DNA of 64,000 nt from a virus, in IMG/VR virus record IMGVR_UViG_3300021093_000006; one strand, written 5' to 3'. Under the pieces are notes generated by a model. The model did not search any database and was not told the DNA's origin. It worked only from the letters and a program-made list of their open reading frames with translations. Position numbers and translations under genes: made by a program. Each line of letters starts with the position of its first letter. Position 1 is the first letter of the stretch. This document shows, piece by piece, positions 56,344 through 64,000 of the stretch.

Positions 56344-57332
56344 AAGAAAAAATAGCTTTTTTGGCATATTGCGATTATGCAAATGTCCTGACCGAATATT
56401 CTAAAGTAATCAATGACTACTCTGAAAAATATGAATCTAAAGTAATTTGTTTAATGCCACACCCATTTAATTACCAATTAAAACACGATTATGATTTAAC
56501 TAGCGCTAATTATATAGAATTATCTAAAAAATGGGTAAATGAATCTAAATATATAATTTTTAGTGAAGAGATGGGTAAGGGTAATTATGATACATTAAAT
56601 AATATTATTAGAAAATTAGGAATTAACATTGAGGGTAAAAAAATAAGTGCTTGGCACCCAGGATCTAATTATAGAAAAAATTATGTTCAGTTTAACAATA
56701 ACCCATTAAATAATAAATTACACAGAATTATTTACGCAATTGATTTATATAGGTTATCTAATAAAAATAAAAAAGATATTACACTACTACCTTTTATGAG
56801 TTTTAACCATGATCCAAACCAATACATGGATAATATGATGAATAAAATAAATAGTGGTAATAGGATTTTTATGCACTGTCCGTCTAACACAGAAAGGAAG
56901 GGTTCTAATATAATTAAAACTACAATAGACTCATTGAATAGGAATGACATTAAATATGAAATGTACACTGGAAAACCACATAATTTTATTATGGAACAAA
57001 AAAATAGATCATTATTCTATATAGATCAGTTTAATATAGAATCATCATTCGGAGTTGCTGCGATAGAATCATTAATTTGTGGTAACGTCACCATGTGCGG
57101 CATCAATAATGCAAAAGACGGTATTGATAGGTACGGGTCTAAAACACAATGCCCCATAATTAACCTGGGTATTACGGAAATTACACTAAAAAATACAATA
57201 GAAGAAGTCATGGGCTATGACAAGAATAAATTGATCGGTATTTGCGAGTCTAACTTAAATTATTTACTAGAATGTTATAACGGTAAATCCGTTATAAAAT
57301 ATATTGAGGAAAAAATATTAAACGATGAGTAA
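56340..57332 (+). CDS. Glycosyltransferase-like protein (GT-B)
   Basis: HCPSNTERKGS...FYIDQF...FGVAAIESLICG. Confidence 0.55.
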   Translation: MKEKIAFLAYCDYANVLTEYSKVINDYSEKYESKVICLMPHPFNYQLKHDYDLTSANYIELSKKWVNESKYIIFSEEMGKGNYDTLNNIIRKLGINIEGKKISAWHPGSNYRKNYVQFNNNPLNNKLHRIIYAIDLYRLSNKNKKDITLLPFMSFNHDPNQYMDNMMNKINSGNRIFMHCPSNTERKGSNIIKTTIDSLNRNDIKYEMYTGKPHNFIMEQKNRSLFYIDQFNIESSFGVAAIESLICGNVTMCGINNAKDGIDRYGSKTQCPIINLGITEITLKNTIEEVMGYDKNKLIGICESNLNYLLECYNGKSVIKYIEEKILNDE

Positions 57333-57954
57333 TTTTACATTAAAGTATTATAGAGATATGTTACATAATTCCATTATAAATGGTTATCATATAACACCTA
57401 TGAGAGATCATAATTTAAATTTTAATAAGCATATACTTATTAGACATGATGTGGATTTTAGTTTACAAAACACAATAAATTTTTCTAGTATAGAAGATGA
57501 CTTAGGGGTAAAATCGACCTACTTCATAAGATTAAATAGTAAAAACTATAACCCCTTTTCTATTGACAATTCTAAAATTATTATTAATTTAATAGAGAAT
57601 GGTCATGAGATCGGTTTACACATTGAGCCAGATTATTATAAATTTATGAATTTAGATTACATTAAATATATTAATACACTAATAGAACTATTCGAGGCTA
57701 CCTTCAAAATAAAAGTATCTGGAATATCAACGCACGAACCTAGTAGATGCGGTTATATAATAGACAATGAAAATATAAAATTAATTAATGTAGATTATGA
57801 GGCATATTTGTTAAACGATTTTAAATATATTTCTGATTCTGGTGCTAGATGGAGAGAGGGGGATCTAAATGAATGGGTAAATAAAAGTGATAAAATAATA
57901 ATGAATACGCACCCTATATGGTGGTATAAAATTACCCCACTAGAAAACTATTAA
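57325..57954 (+). CDS. Polysaccharide deacetylase-like protein
   Basis: LIRHDVDF...STYFI...GHEIGLH...STHEP...YISDSG...MNTHPIWW. Confidence 0.7.
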   Translation: MSNFTLKYYRDMLHNSIINGYHITPMRDHNLNFNKHILIRHDVDFSLQNTINFSSIEDDLGVKSTYFIRLNSKNYNPFSIDNSKIIINLIENGHEIGLHIEPDYYKFMNLDYIKYINTLIELFEATFKIKVSGISTHEPSRCGYIIDNENIKLINVDYEAYLLNDFKYISDSGARWREGDLNEWVNKSDKIIMNTHPIWWYKITPLENY

Positions 57955-57957
57955 TTT

Positions 57958-58701
57958 ATGATTAAAATAATACAAATATTAGATTGGATTAAAACAAATA
58001 ATTTAGATTTCATTTTATCGGATGATTTGGATATTAACGGTGAAATAACTGGCCCATGGAACGCTAAAGAGTCTACTCACAAAAACATAACATTTATTAA
58101 TGGAGAATGGTTCGATAATTCAGCCTCAATTGTATTTACACCTATTAAAAAAAACGTTAATAACAAATTAATAATCATAACGGATGATCCTAAATATTAT
58201 TTTGTTAAATGTATTAATAATTTTTTTAAACCAGAAAAATGTAAAATAAAAACTGGTAAAAATTTTATAATGGGGCAAAATTGTTCTATAGGTAACGACG
58301 GCTTTGGTTACATAAAAGATAATGATGGTAAATGGTTAAAATTCCCACATTTTGGTAATGTAATTATAGGTGATGATGTGGAAATAGGTAATAATGTTTG
58401 TATTGACAGGGGCGCACTAAGTAATACTATAATAGGTAACGGAGTAAAGATAGATAATTTAGTACATATAGCACATAATGTTGAAATAGGTGACAATACT
58501 TTAATTATAGCGCAGAGTATGATTGGTGGAAGCGCTAAGATTGGGTCTGATTGTTGGATATCGCCATCCACCTCGATAAAGAACGGAATTAAAATAGGGG
58601 ATGGTGTTTTAATAGGTATGGGTGCTGTTGTAATTAGAGACGTTGAGGATAATAAAATTATGGTTGGTAACCCAGCTAAAGAATTAAAAAAAGATTTATG
58701 A
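57958..58701 (+). CDS. LpxD-like acyltransferase (left-handed beta helix)
   Basis: LpxD-like N-terminal domain (TDDPKYYF); IGNDGFGY...[45 protein letters not shown]. Confidence 0.7.
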   Translation: MIKIIQILDWIKTNNLDFILSDDLDINGEITGPWNAKESTHKNITFINGEWFDNSASIVFTPIKKNVNNKLIIITDDPKYYFVKCINNFFKPEKCKIKTGKNFIMGQNCSIGNDGFGYIKDNDGKWLKFPHFGNVIIGDDVEIGNNVCIDRGALSNTIIGNGVKIDNLVHIAHNVEIGDNTLIIAQSMIGGSAKIGSDCWISPSTSIKNGIKIGDGVLIGMGAVVIRDVEDNKIMVGNPAKELKKDL

Positions 58702-59162
58702 AATATTTTATTCATGAAACTACAATAGTAGATAAAGGTGTTGTCGTGGGTGACAATACTAAAATATGGGCATTTTCTCATATATCTGATAATGTTACCA
58801 TAGGTAATAATTGTGTAATAGGTGAGGGTGTACACATAGGTCCAAATGTAGTCATAGGTAACAATTGTAAGATACAAAATCATAGTTTGATATATGAAGG
58901 TGTAACTATAGAAGATAATGTGTTTTTAGGGCCAAACACAGTAACCACTAATGATTTTTTACCTCAAGTAGGTGGTGACTGGAAAAATAATGATAGATTT
59001 AGAAAGACACTCTTCAAAAACGGGTGCTCTATAGGTGCTAACAGTACTATAGTTTGTGGTGTCACAATTGGAGAAAACTCATTAATTGGTGCAGGAAGCG
59101 TAGTAACTAAAAATATACCTGATGCCGTTAAAGCATTTGGTAATCCAGCAAAAATAATATAA
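58698..59162 (+). CDS. Hexapeptide N-acetyltransferase (WbpD/WlbB-like)
   Basis: KIWAFSHI...[22 protein letters not shown]...TND...[13 protein letters not shown]...GNPA. Confidence 0.75.
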   Translation: MKYFIHETTIVDKGVVVGDNTKIWAFSHISDNVTIGNNCVIGEGVHIGPNVVIGNNCKIQNHSLIYEGVTIEDNVFLGPNTVTTNDFLPQVGGDWKNNDRFRKTLFKNGCSIGANSTIVCGVTIGENSLIGAGSVVTKNIPDAVKAFGNPAKII

Positions 59163-59163
59163 T

Positions 59164-59727
59164 ATGAATTACGATAAAATTAAATACTGGAATGAGAGGA
59201 TCGATAAAAATAACAATTTTTGTCGCTCGATAACTAATCACCATATAGAAATAGTAAACCCTCATATTGAGCCAGGGATAAAAATACTAGAGTATGGGCC
59301 AGGCACTGGTAGGATGTTGGAATTATACGGTAGTCAAAAGTCTATAAATTTTTATGACATATCATCTATGTATAGTTCAAAACTAAAAGATAATTGTAAT
59401 TTAATTAATTTACCTATAGATACTTACACTATTGATAAGTCTGGAAACATTAAAACTAATTTCGACGACGATGAATTTGATCTAGTATGTGCATTTGAGG
59501 TGTTATTACATTCCCCAGATAATGAAATTGAGGTGTTGATTAATGAATTATCTAGAATAGGTAAGGAGGTTATTATAGTAACCTGGTATGAAAAAGGTTT
59601 AACTAAATCATCTAATCATTGCTGGACTAGGGATTATAAAAACATATTAACTAGTAATAATTTAAAAATATTACACTGGGACGAGACTTCCTTTAATAAC
59701 CAAGTATTTTTTAAGTATAAAAAATGA
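59164..59727 (+). CDS. Class I SAM-dependent methyltransferase
   Basis: ILEYGPGTG motif I; FDLVCAFEVLLH. Confidence 0.7.
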   Translation: MNYDKIKYWNERIDKNNNFCRSITNHHIEIVNPHIEPGIKILEYGPGTGRMLELYGSQKSINFYDISSMYSSKLKDNCNLINLPIDTYTIDKSGNIKTNFDDDEFDLVCAFEVLLHSPDNEIEVLINELSRIGKEVIIVTWYEKGLTKSSNHCWTRDYKNILTSNNLKILHWDETSFNNQVFFKYKK

Positions 59728-60740
59728 AATATAGAGTAGGTATAATTGGGTGTGGTGGAATATTTCCTAGACATATGGAAGCCATTGAAAATAATTCGGA
59801 TGAATTTACACTAGTAAGTGTTTGTGATATACAAGAGACCTTGGTAAAAAGTTTAGGGGAGAGGTACAACGTACCTAGCTACACATCATTTAAAGATATG
59901 ATTTCTTATGAAGATATAAATTTTGTAGTTATTGCAACCCCAAACTCCCTACATAAAGAGCAAGCTATATACGCATTAGAAAAAAAATGTGATGTATTAA
60001 TAGAAAAACCAGTAGCATTCAATATTAGTGACGTTATTGAGATAGAAAAATATGCTAAAAAAAATAATAAAACTGCTTATTGTGTTTTACAAGTTAGATT
60101 AAATCCTACAGTGCATCTAACAAAAAAAATATTAGATAATAAATTATTAGGTGAAATAAGGGGCTTTAGTTTTGCGCAAAGGTGGCAAAGACCATTAGAG
60201 TATTTTTCTGGGTGGCGTGGTGAACCTAAAGTAGGTGGTGGCATCTTGTATGAAACTGGGATTCATTATTTAGACATATTACAGTATTTGATAGGATCAC
60301 CTAAAAATATTATCGGAACTAAGGTATACACTACTAAACATAAGGGCGGTGTGATTGAAGATACTGTTTATTCACTAGTAGATTACGGTAATTTTGGTGG
60401 TACGATAGAGTCTACAATTGCCGCAGAACCGCACAATATCGAAAGTTCAATCTCACTATTGGGTTCAAATGGCTATATCAAAATAGGTGGTAAAGCTCTT
60501 AATGTGATAGAATCAGCAAATTTCTTGAGTCATGGTGCAACATTGCACTATGAAAACTTATTGAAGGATTTTAATTACCCTAAAGATCCTAACTCATACG
60601 GCTCTTATCAGGGATCGTGCCCAAATCACCCAGAAGTTTATAAAAATTTAAGTGTTTTTAATATAACAGAAACATTAAATGTTATAAAACTAATAGAGGA
60701 AATATACAATAAATCGGATATAAAATATAAAATGTATTAA
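59724..60740 (+). CDS. Gfo/Idh/MocA oxidoreductase (WbpB/WlbA-like)
   Basis: IIGCGGI...VIATPNSLH...LIEKPV...QVRLNP...WQRPLEYF...GGGILYETGIHYLD. Confidence 0.8.
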   Translation: MKYRVGIIGCGGIFPRHMEAIENNSDEFTLVSVCDIQETLVKSLGERYNVPSYTSFKDMISYEDINFVVIATPNSLHKEQAIYALEKKCDVLIEKPVAFNISDVIEIEKYAKKNNKTAYCVLQVRLNPTVHLTKKILDNKLLGEIRGFSFAQRWQRPLEYFSGWRGEPKVGGGILYETGIHYLDILQYLIGSPKNIIGTKVYTTKHKGGVIEDTVYSLVDYGNFGGTIESTIAAEPHNIESSISLLGSNGYIKIGGKALNVIESANFLSHGATLHYENLLKDFNYPKDPNSYGSYQGSCPNHPEVYKNLSVFNITETLNVIKLIEEIYNKSDIKYKMY

Positions 60741-60743
60741 GTT

Positions 60744-61406
60744 ATGTCAGCAATTTTAAAATATGATAATAAAAATGTATCTATAGATGTTTTAAGTGAA
60801 CAGGATATAATGCATATAAATTATTTTAGTAAGGGTAGTTTTTACGAACTAAAATTATTAAACAAGATAAAATCTTTTGAAAAATCTGGGGTATATATCG
60901 ACTTGGGTGCTAACGTAGGTAATCATTCTTTATTTTTTGGTTTATTCTGTCCAGTAACTAAAGTTATAGCCATAGAAGCGGAAAAAAATATATTTAACGT
61001 ATTACACAATAATTTACTACGTAATTTAGATAATAATAAATTTGTGACTTATAACTGCGCAATATCTGATTTTGACGGATTTGTTAGTATGTCCTTAGTT
61101 TCTAATATAAATGCTGGATCTACTCACATATCAGAAATTAATAATGGTGATACTAAATGTACTACATTAGATAATTTAATAGGTGATTTAAATGATATTG
61201 CTGTTATTAAAATGGACATCGAGGGGTATGAGCTAAAAGCACTAACTAAAGCTACTAAAATTATCGAGAATAACAAACCTATAATAATTACAGAAGTAAA
61301 AAATAATAATGAATTTAATGACCTAAAATTCTTTTTGGGTAAATATGGGTATACATGCGATGCCATTAATTATGCTAACACACCTACTTACATATGGGTA
61401 GCATAA
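60744..61406 (+). CDS. FkbM-family methyltransferase
   Basis: YIDLGANVGNHS; IKMDIEGYE. Confidence 0.8.
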   Translation: MSAILKYDNKNVSIDVLSEQDIMHINYFSKGSFYELKLLNKIKSFEKSGVYIDLGANVGNHSLFFGLFCPVTKVIAIEAEKNIFNVLHNNLLRNLDNNKFVTYNCAISDFDGFVSMSLVSNINAGSTHISEINNGDTKCTTLDNLIGDLNDIAVIKMDIEGYELKALTKATKIIENNKPIIITEVKNNNEFNDLKFFLGKYGYTCDAINYANTPTYIWVA

Positions 61407-61446
61407 ATAGTATTCACATTTATAAAAAAACAATTAAACTTAATTT

Positions 61447-62202
61447 ATGAGCAGAAGCAGAAGAAAAAATAAACAACTTTCCGAAGAAGAAATCCAGGAA
61501 ATGGAAGCGTTTCTTAATAGAAACAATATAGAAGAAGAAAAACTTTTTAATACAATAAGTATAAACGTAAAGTGTAAGACCGAAAACCAAAGAAAATTAG
61601 TAGATTCCATAAGACACAATGAGATTACAATTTGTAGTGGGTTACCTGGATCAGGAAAAACATTCTTATCGTGTGCTGAGGCATTAAAATTAGTTACAGC
61701 TCACGAAAAATATAAAAGAATTGTCCTAGTAAAATCTATAACTCCACTGAAAAATGAAGAAATTGGGCATTTACCTGGAGATCTAAAAGAAAAGATGGCA
61801 CCCATCATGGAGTCATTTACTGATAATATTAGAAAACTTATTGGTAAAAGTAGAATGGAAAAATTAATTGAGTTAGGTGTTATAGAAATTGTACCAATAG
61901 CTTTTGCCAGAGGTCGCAGTATCGATAACTCCATCATATTAGTGGATGAGGCACAAAATATTACTTTAGAAAATATTAGAACACTAATGACTAGAATCGG
62001 AGATAACTCCAAAATGGTCATTATGGGAGATGTTAAACAAAAAGACTTGAGAAATAAAAAAGATAGTTCTTTAGAGGTTGTAATCGAAAAGTTTAAAGAT
62101 GTTAAAGGTTTTGGATGTGTGGAATTGAGAAATCCTAAAGATGTTGTTAGAAACCCAATTATAAAAATAATAGAAGAAATTTTTGAATCTTTAGAATTGT
62201 AA
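61447..62202 (+). CDS. phoH: PhoH-like ATPase
   Basis: GLPGSGKT; IGHLPGDLKEK; RGRSIDN; LVDEAQN; TRIG; GDVKQKD; VRNPII. Confidence 0.9.
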   Translation: MSRSRRKNKQLSEEEIQEMEAFLNRNNIEEEKLFNTISINVKCKTENQRKLVDSIRHNEITICSGLPGSGKTFLSCAEALKLVTAHEKYKRIVLVKSITPLKNEEIGHLPGDLKEKMAPIMESFTDNIRKLIGKSRMEKLIELGVIEIVPIAFARGRSIDNSIILVDEAQNITLENIRTLMTRIGDNSKMVIMGDVKQKDLRNKKDSSLEVVIEKFKDVKGFGCVELRNPKDVVRNPIIKIIEEIFESLEL

Positions 62203-62580
62203 ATGGTTTTTATTAATAGTAAGATTGAAGTTAGAGAATCACCTATACATGGTATGGGTGTATTTGCAAAAGAAAATATAAAATCTGGTGAAATAATAGA
62301 AAATTGTCATTTTACTATTTTAGAACAAAAATTTTTTGATATAAATAAAAAATTACAAGAATATGTATTCGCATACCCAAAAATTAATGCAAAAAATTCA
62401 GTGGTTGTTTGGGGATATGGGTCAATATACAATCATTCTAAAAATAATAATGCTGACTGGATAGTTGATGAGGAAAAAAATGTATTCACATTTTTCACTT
62501 TAAGGGATATTAAGAAAGGTGAAGAAATTTGTATAAATTATGGTGAAGGATATAAAAGTGTGGTAAAAACTGTAAAATAA
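62203..62580 (+). CDS. SET-domain protein-lysine methyltransferase
   Basis: SPIHGMGVFA..NIKSGE; IYNHSKNNNA; DIKKGEEICINYG. Confidence 0.85.
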   Translation: MVFINSKIEVRESPIHGMGVFAKENIKSGEIIENCHFTILEQKFFDINKKLQEYVFAYPKINAKNSVVVWGYGSIYNHSKNNNADWIVDEEKNVFTFFTLRDIKKGEEICINYGEGYKSVVKTVK

Positions 62581-62581
62581 A

Positions 62582-62749
62582 ATGGAAAAGTTTAATTTAG
62601 TAACAAAAGATGGTGAAATCGTACAAGTTACAAATCAAAAAAGTTTAGAATTGGCAATAGAATTCTTTTCACTATTAAAAGATTTAAAAATAAAAGATTT
62701 ATTAAAAATATATAAAGTTCAGAAATATGAGAATAGGGATAACAATTAA
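62582..62749 (+). CDS. Small hypothetical protein (55 aa)
   Basis: Not in the ORF track. MEKFNLVTKDGEIVQVTNQKSLELAIEFFSLLKDL...*; fills the gap between operon genes. Confidence 0.5.
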   Translation: MEKFNLVTKDGEIVQVTNQKSLELAIEFFSLLKDLKIKDLLKIYKVQKYENRDNN

Positions 62750-63335
62750 TGGGGTTATAAGAGATTTCATCACTAAGTTTGAATCTGTTTATGATAAATA
62801 TTATAATGTAGAATCTGAAAAAGAAACCAAAAGAGATATAGACACCTCAAATTTATTGGATCATTTTAATTTTACTGGAGGAACACAAGAGTTAAATAAA
62901 TTTTTATATGTTGATTCATCTTTAGAGATATTTGGACATGCAGGTGAAACAAAATTAAATTCGGTAGAACATCTAAACCAATTACATAATTTAATAGAAG
63001 ATATGGGACACAATCCTATTGTTTTAAGTAAGGAATTAAATAATAGTAAACCTGCTACATTATTCTTCTTATCTAAATTATCTGCAAAAATTAATAATAT
63101 AATTTTTGTTAGAGAATATGAAAAAGTTTGGGATTATGTTGATGTCCTAATAACTGCAGATCCAGAAATATTAGATAATAAACCTAGTGGAAGAATATCT
63201 GTAAAAGTTATAAATCATTATAACAAAAATTGTCAATCTGATTATACTGTTATAGATTTAAAAGAGATTTTAGATGATAAAAAATTATTGGAAAAAATAT
63301 TAAATACTCAGACAATAGATTTTGAAGATATTTAA
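62727..63335 (+). CDS. 5'(3')-deoxyribonucleotidase-like HAD protein with degenerate motif I
   Basis: MRIGITINGVIRD has T-I-N where D-x-D is expected; DVLITADP. Confidence 0.55.
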   Translation: MRIGITINGVIRDFITKFESVYDKYYNVESEKETKRDIDTSNLLDHFNFTGGTQELNKFLYVDSSLEIFGHAGETKLNSVEHLNQLHNLIEDMGHNPIVLSKELNNSKPATLFFLSKLSAKINNIIFVREYEKVWDYVDVLITADPEILDNKPSGRISVKVINHYNKNCQSDYTVIDLKEILDDKKLLEKILNTQTIDFEDI

Positions 63336-63380
63336 TGTTTACTTATCTAAAAAAAAGTATAAAATAATAGAAAAAAATAT

Positions 63381-63716
63381 ATGGAAACTGATAACTTACT
63401 TCTACAAATTGGCGGAAAAGAACTATACTTTGATATTGATAGGGTTTCTGATGTAGTAAAAATAGAAACTAAAATAAATCAAGAAGATATTTTAGAAAAA
63501 ATTAGTGATGAAATGCGTCAAGATTCTATGGAAGAATCTGCAATACAGATAGATATTACTAAATATGAATTATATAGAGAAATGATTGCGACTATTTTAA
63601 GTTACAATGAAGAAATCGATGATAAAATGGGTTCAGTAGCATTAAATAAAACTACTATACCATTTAAAATTGCTTATAATACTCTTTTGATGAAAGGTAT
63701 TATAAAAGAATTATAA
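63381..63716 (+). CDS. Hypothetical protein
   Basis: 111 aa acidic ORF in the operon. Confidence 0.45.
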   Translation: METDNLLLQIGGKELYFDIDRVSDVVKIETKINQEDILEKISDEMRQDSMEESAIQIDITKYELYREMIATILSYNEEIDDKMGSVALNKTTIPFKIAYNTLLMKGIIKEL

Positions 63717-63737
63717 TAACAATAAAAATAAACTATT

Positions 63738-64000
63738 ATGAGTGAACAATTAGAGAAAATTAAAGAGTCTATTGAAAAGATAAATAATAAAGATTTTGGT
63801 ATTTATTTTTTTACTATAGACACAAAAGGTAATCCTACTGCTGGTGTAGCAACAATTTACGAACATGTAAAAAAATTAAGAGAATTAGGTTATAATGCCC
63901 AAATTTTACATGATAAAAATGATTATAAATTACGTGAAGATGAAAATGGTATTGGTATTGCAGAATGGTTGGGTGAAGAATATGCGAATTTACCTCACGT
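63738..64000 (+). CDS. Probable glycosyltransferase, N-terminal part (runs off the right edge)
   Basis: Not in the ORF track. MSEQLEKIKESIEKINNKDFGIYFFTIDTKGNPTAGVATIYEHVKKLRELGYNAQILH... Confidence 0.5.
   Translation, partial: MSEQLEKIKESIEKINNKDFGIYFFTIDTKGNPTAGVATIYEHVKKLRELGYNAQILHDKNDYKLREDENGIGIAEWLGEEYANLPH

Noticed and set aside
2215-62021. Short antisense or nested ORFs in the track (e.g. 2215, 6253, 8218, 8572, 9230, 11090, 16486, 17911, 19108, 21667, 25585, 26037, 34982, 39722, 39744, 42361, 46175, 46985, 48735, 50867, 51550, 52522, 53885, 56732, 57026, 58308, 61124, 61701)
   Set aside because: They overlap longer, motif-supported genes on the other strand or frame and show the F/S/L/I-rich composition typical of shadow ORFs in AT-rich DNA.
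1-64000. Genome-wide stop-codon reassignment (TAG or TGA)
   Set aside because: Long conserved genes are intact under the standard code, and TAG/TGA occur at plausible gene ends (20060, 49404, 8106, 26143). Only isolated in-frame stops were seen.
1-64000. CRISPR array, tRNA or rRNA
   Set aside because: No regularly spaced repeat-spacer array or cloverleaf in any intergenic region. GTGGTAGAG near 25002-25013 (minus) resembles a D-loop but has no tRNA stems.

Overview
This is a very AT-rich 64 kb segment of a large (jumbo-type) myovirus genome with T4-like structural architecture. The left and middle parts (mostly minus strand) carry the tail and neck module: baseplate hub/wedge, tape measure, tail-assembly chaperone with a probable frameshift extension, tail tube, tail sheath, tail terminator, neck proteins and three tail fibre/spike genes. 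Replication genes are interleaved: an SNF2 helicase and a family B DNA polymerase, each with a LAGLIDADG intein. The right end is a plus-strand metabolic operon: dUTPase, six to seven glycosyltransferases, deacetylase, LpxD-like and WbpD-like acyltransferases, WbpB-like oxidoreductase, two methyltransferases, PhoH and a SET-domain protein. The most striking feature is a family of otherwise unrelated proteins that share short N-terminal (and sometimes internal) (I/L)-x-E-containing leader cassettes fused to different cargo domains (membrane helices, zincin plus HAD, M15-like peptidase, OmpA-like). I infer a capsid-packaged, protease-matured, ejected-protein delivery system. Structural genes are preceded by ATATTTAT(A), the reverse complement of the T4 late promoter. 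Several non-structural genes have Bacteroidota-type TTTG-N19-20-TAnnTTTG promoters, and leaders are A-rich without Shine-Dalgarno sequences, suggesting a Bacteroidota host (inference). No tRNA, rRNA or CRISPR array was recognised. All product calls come from motif recognition by eye, with no database searches.
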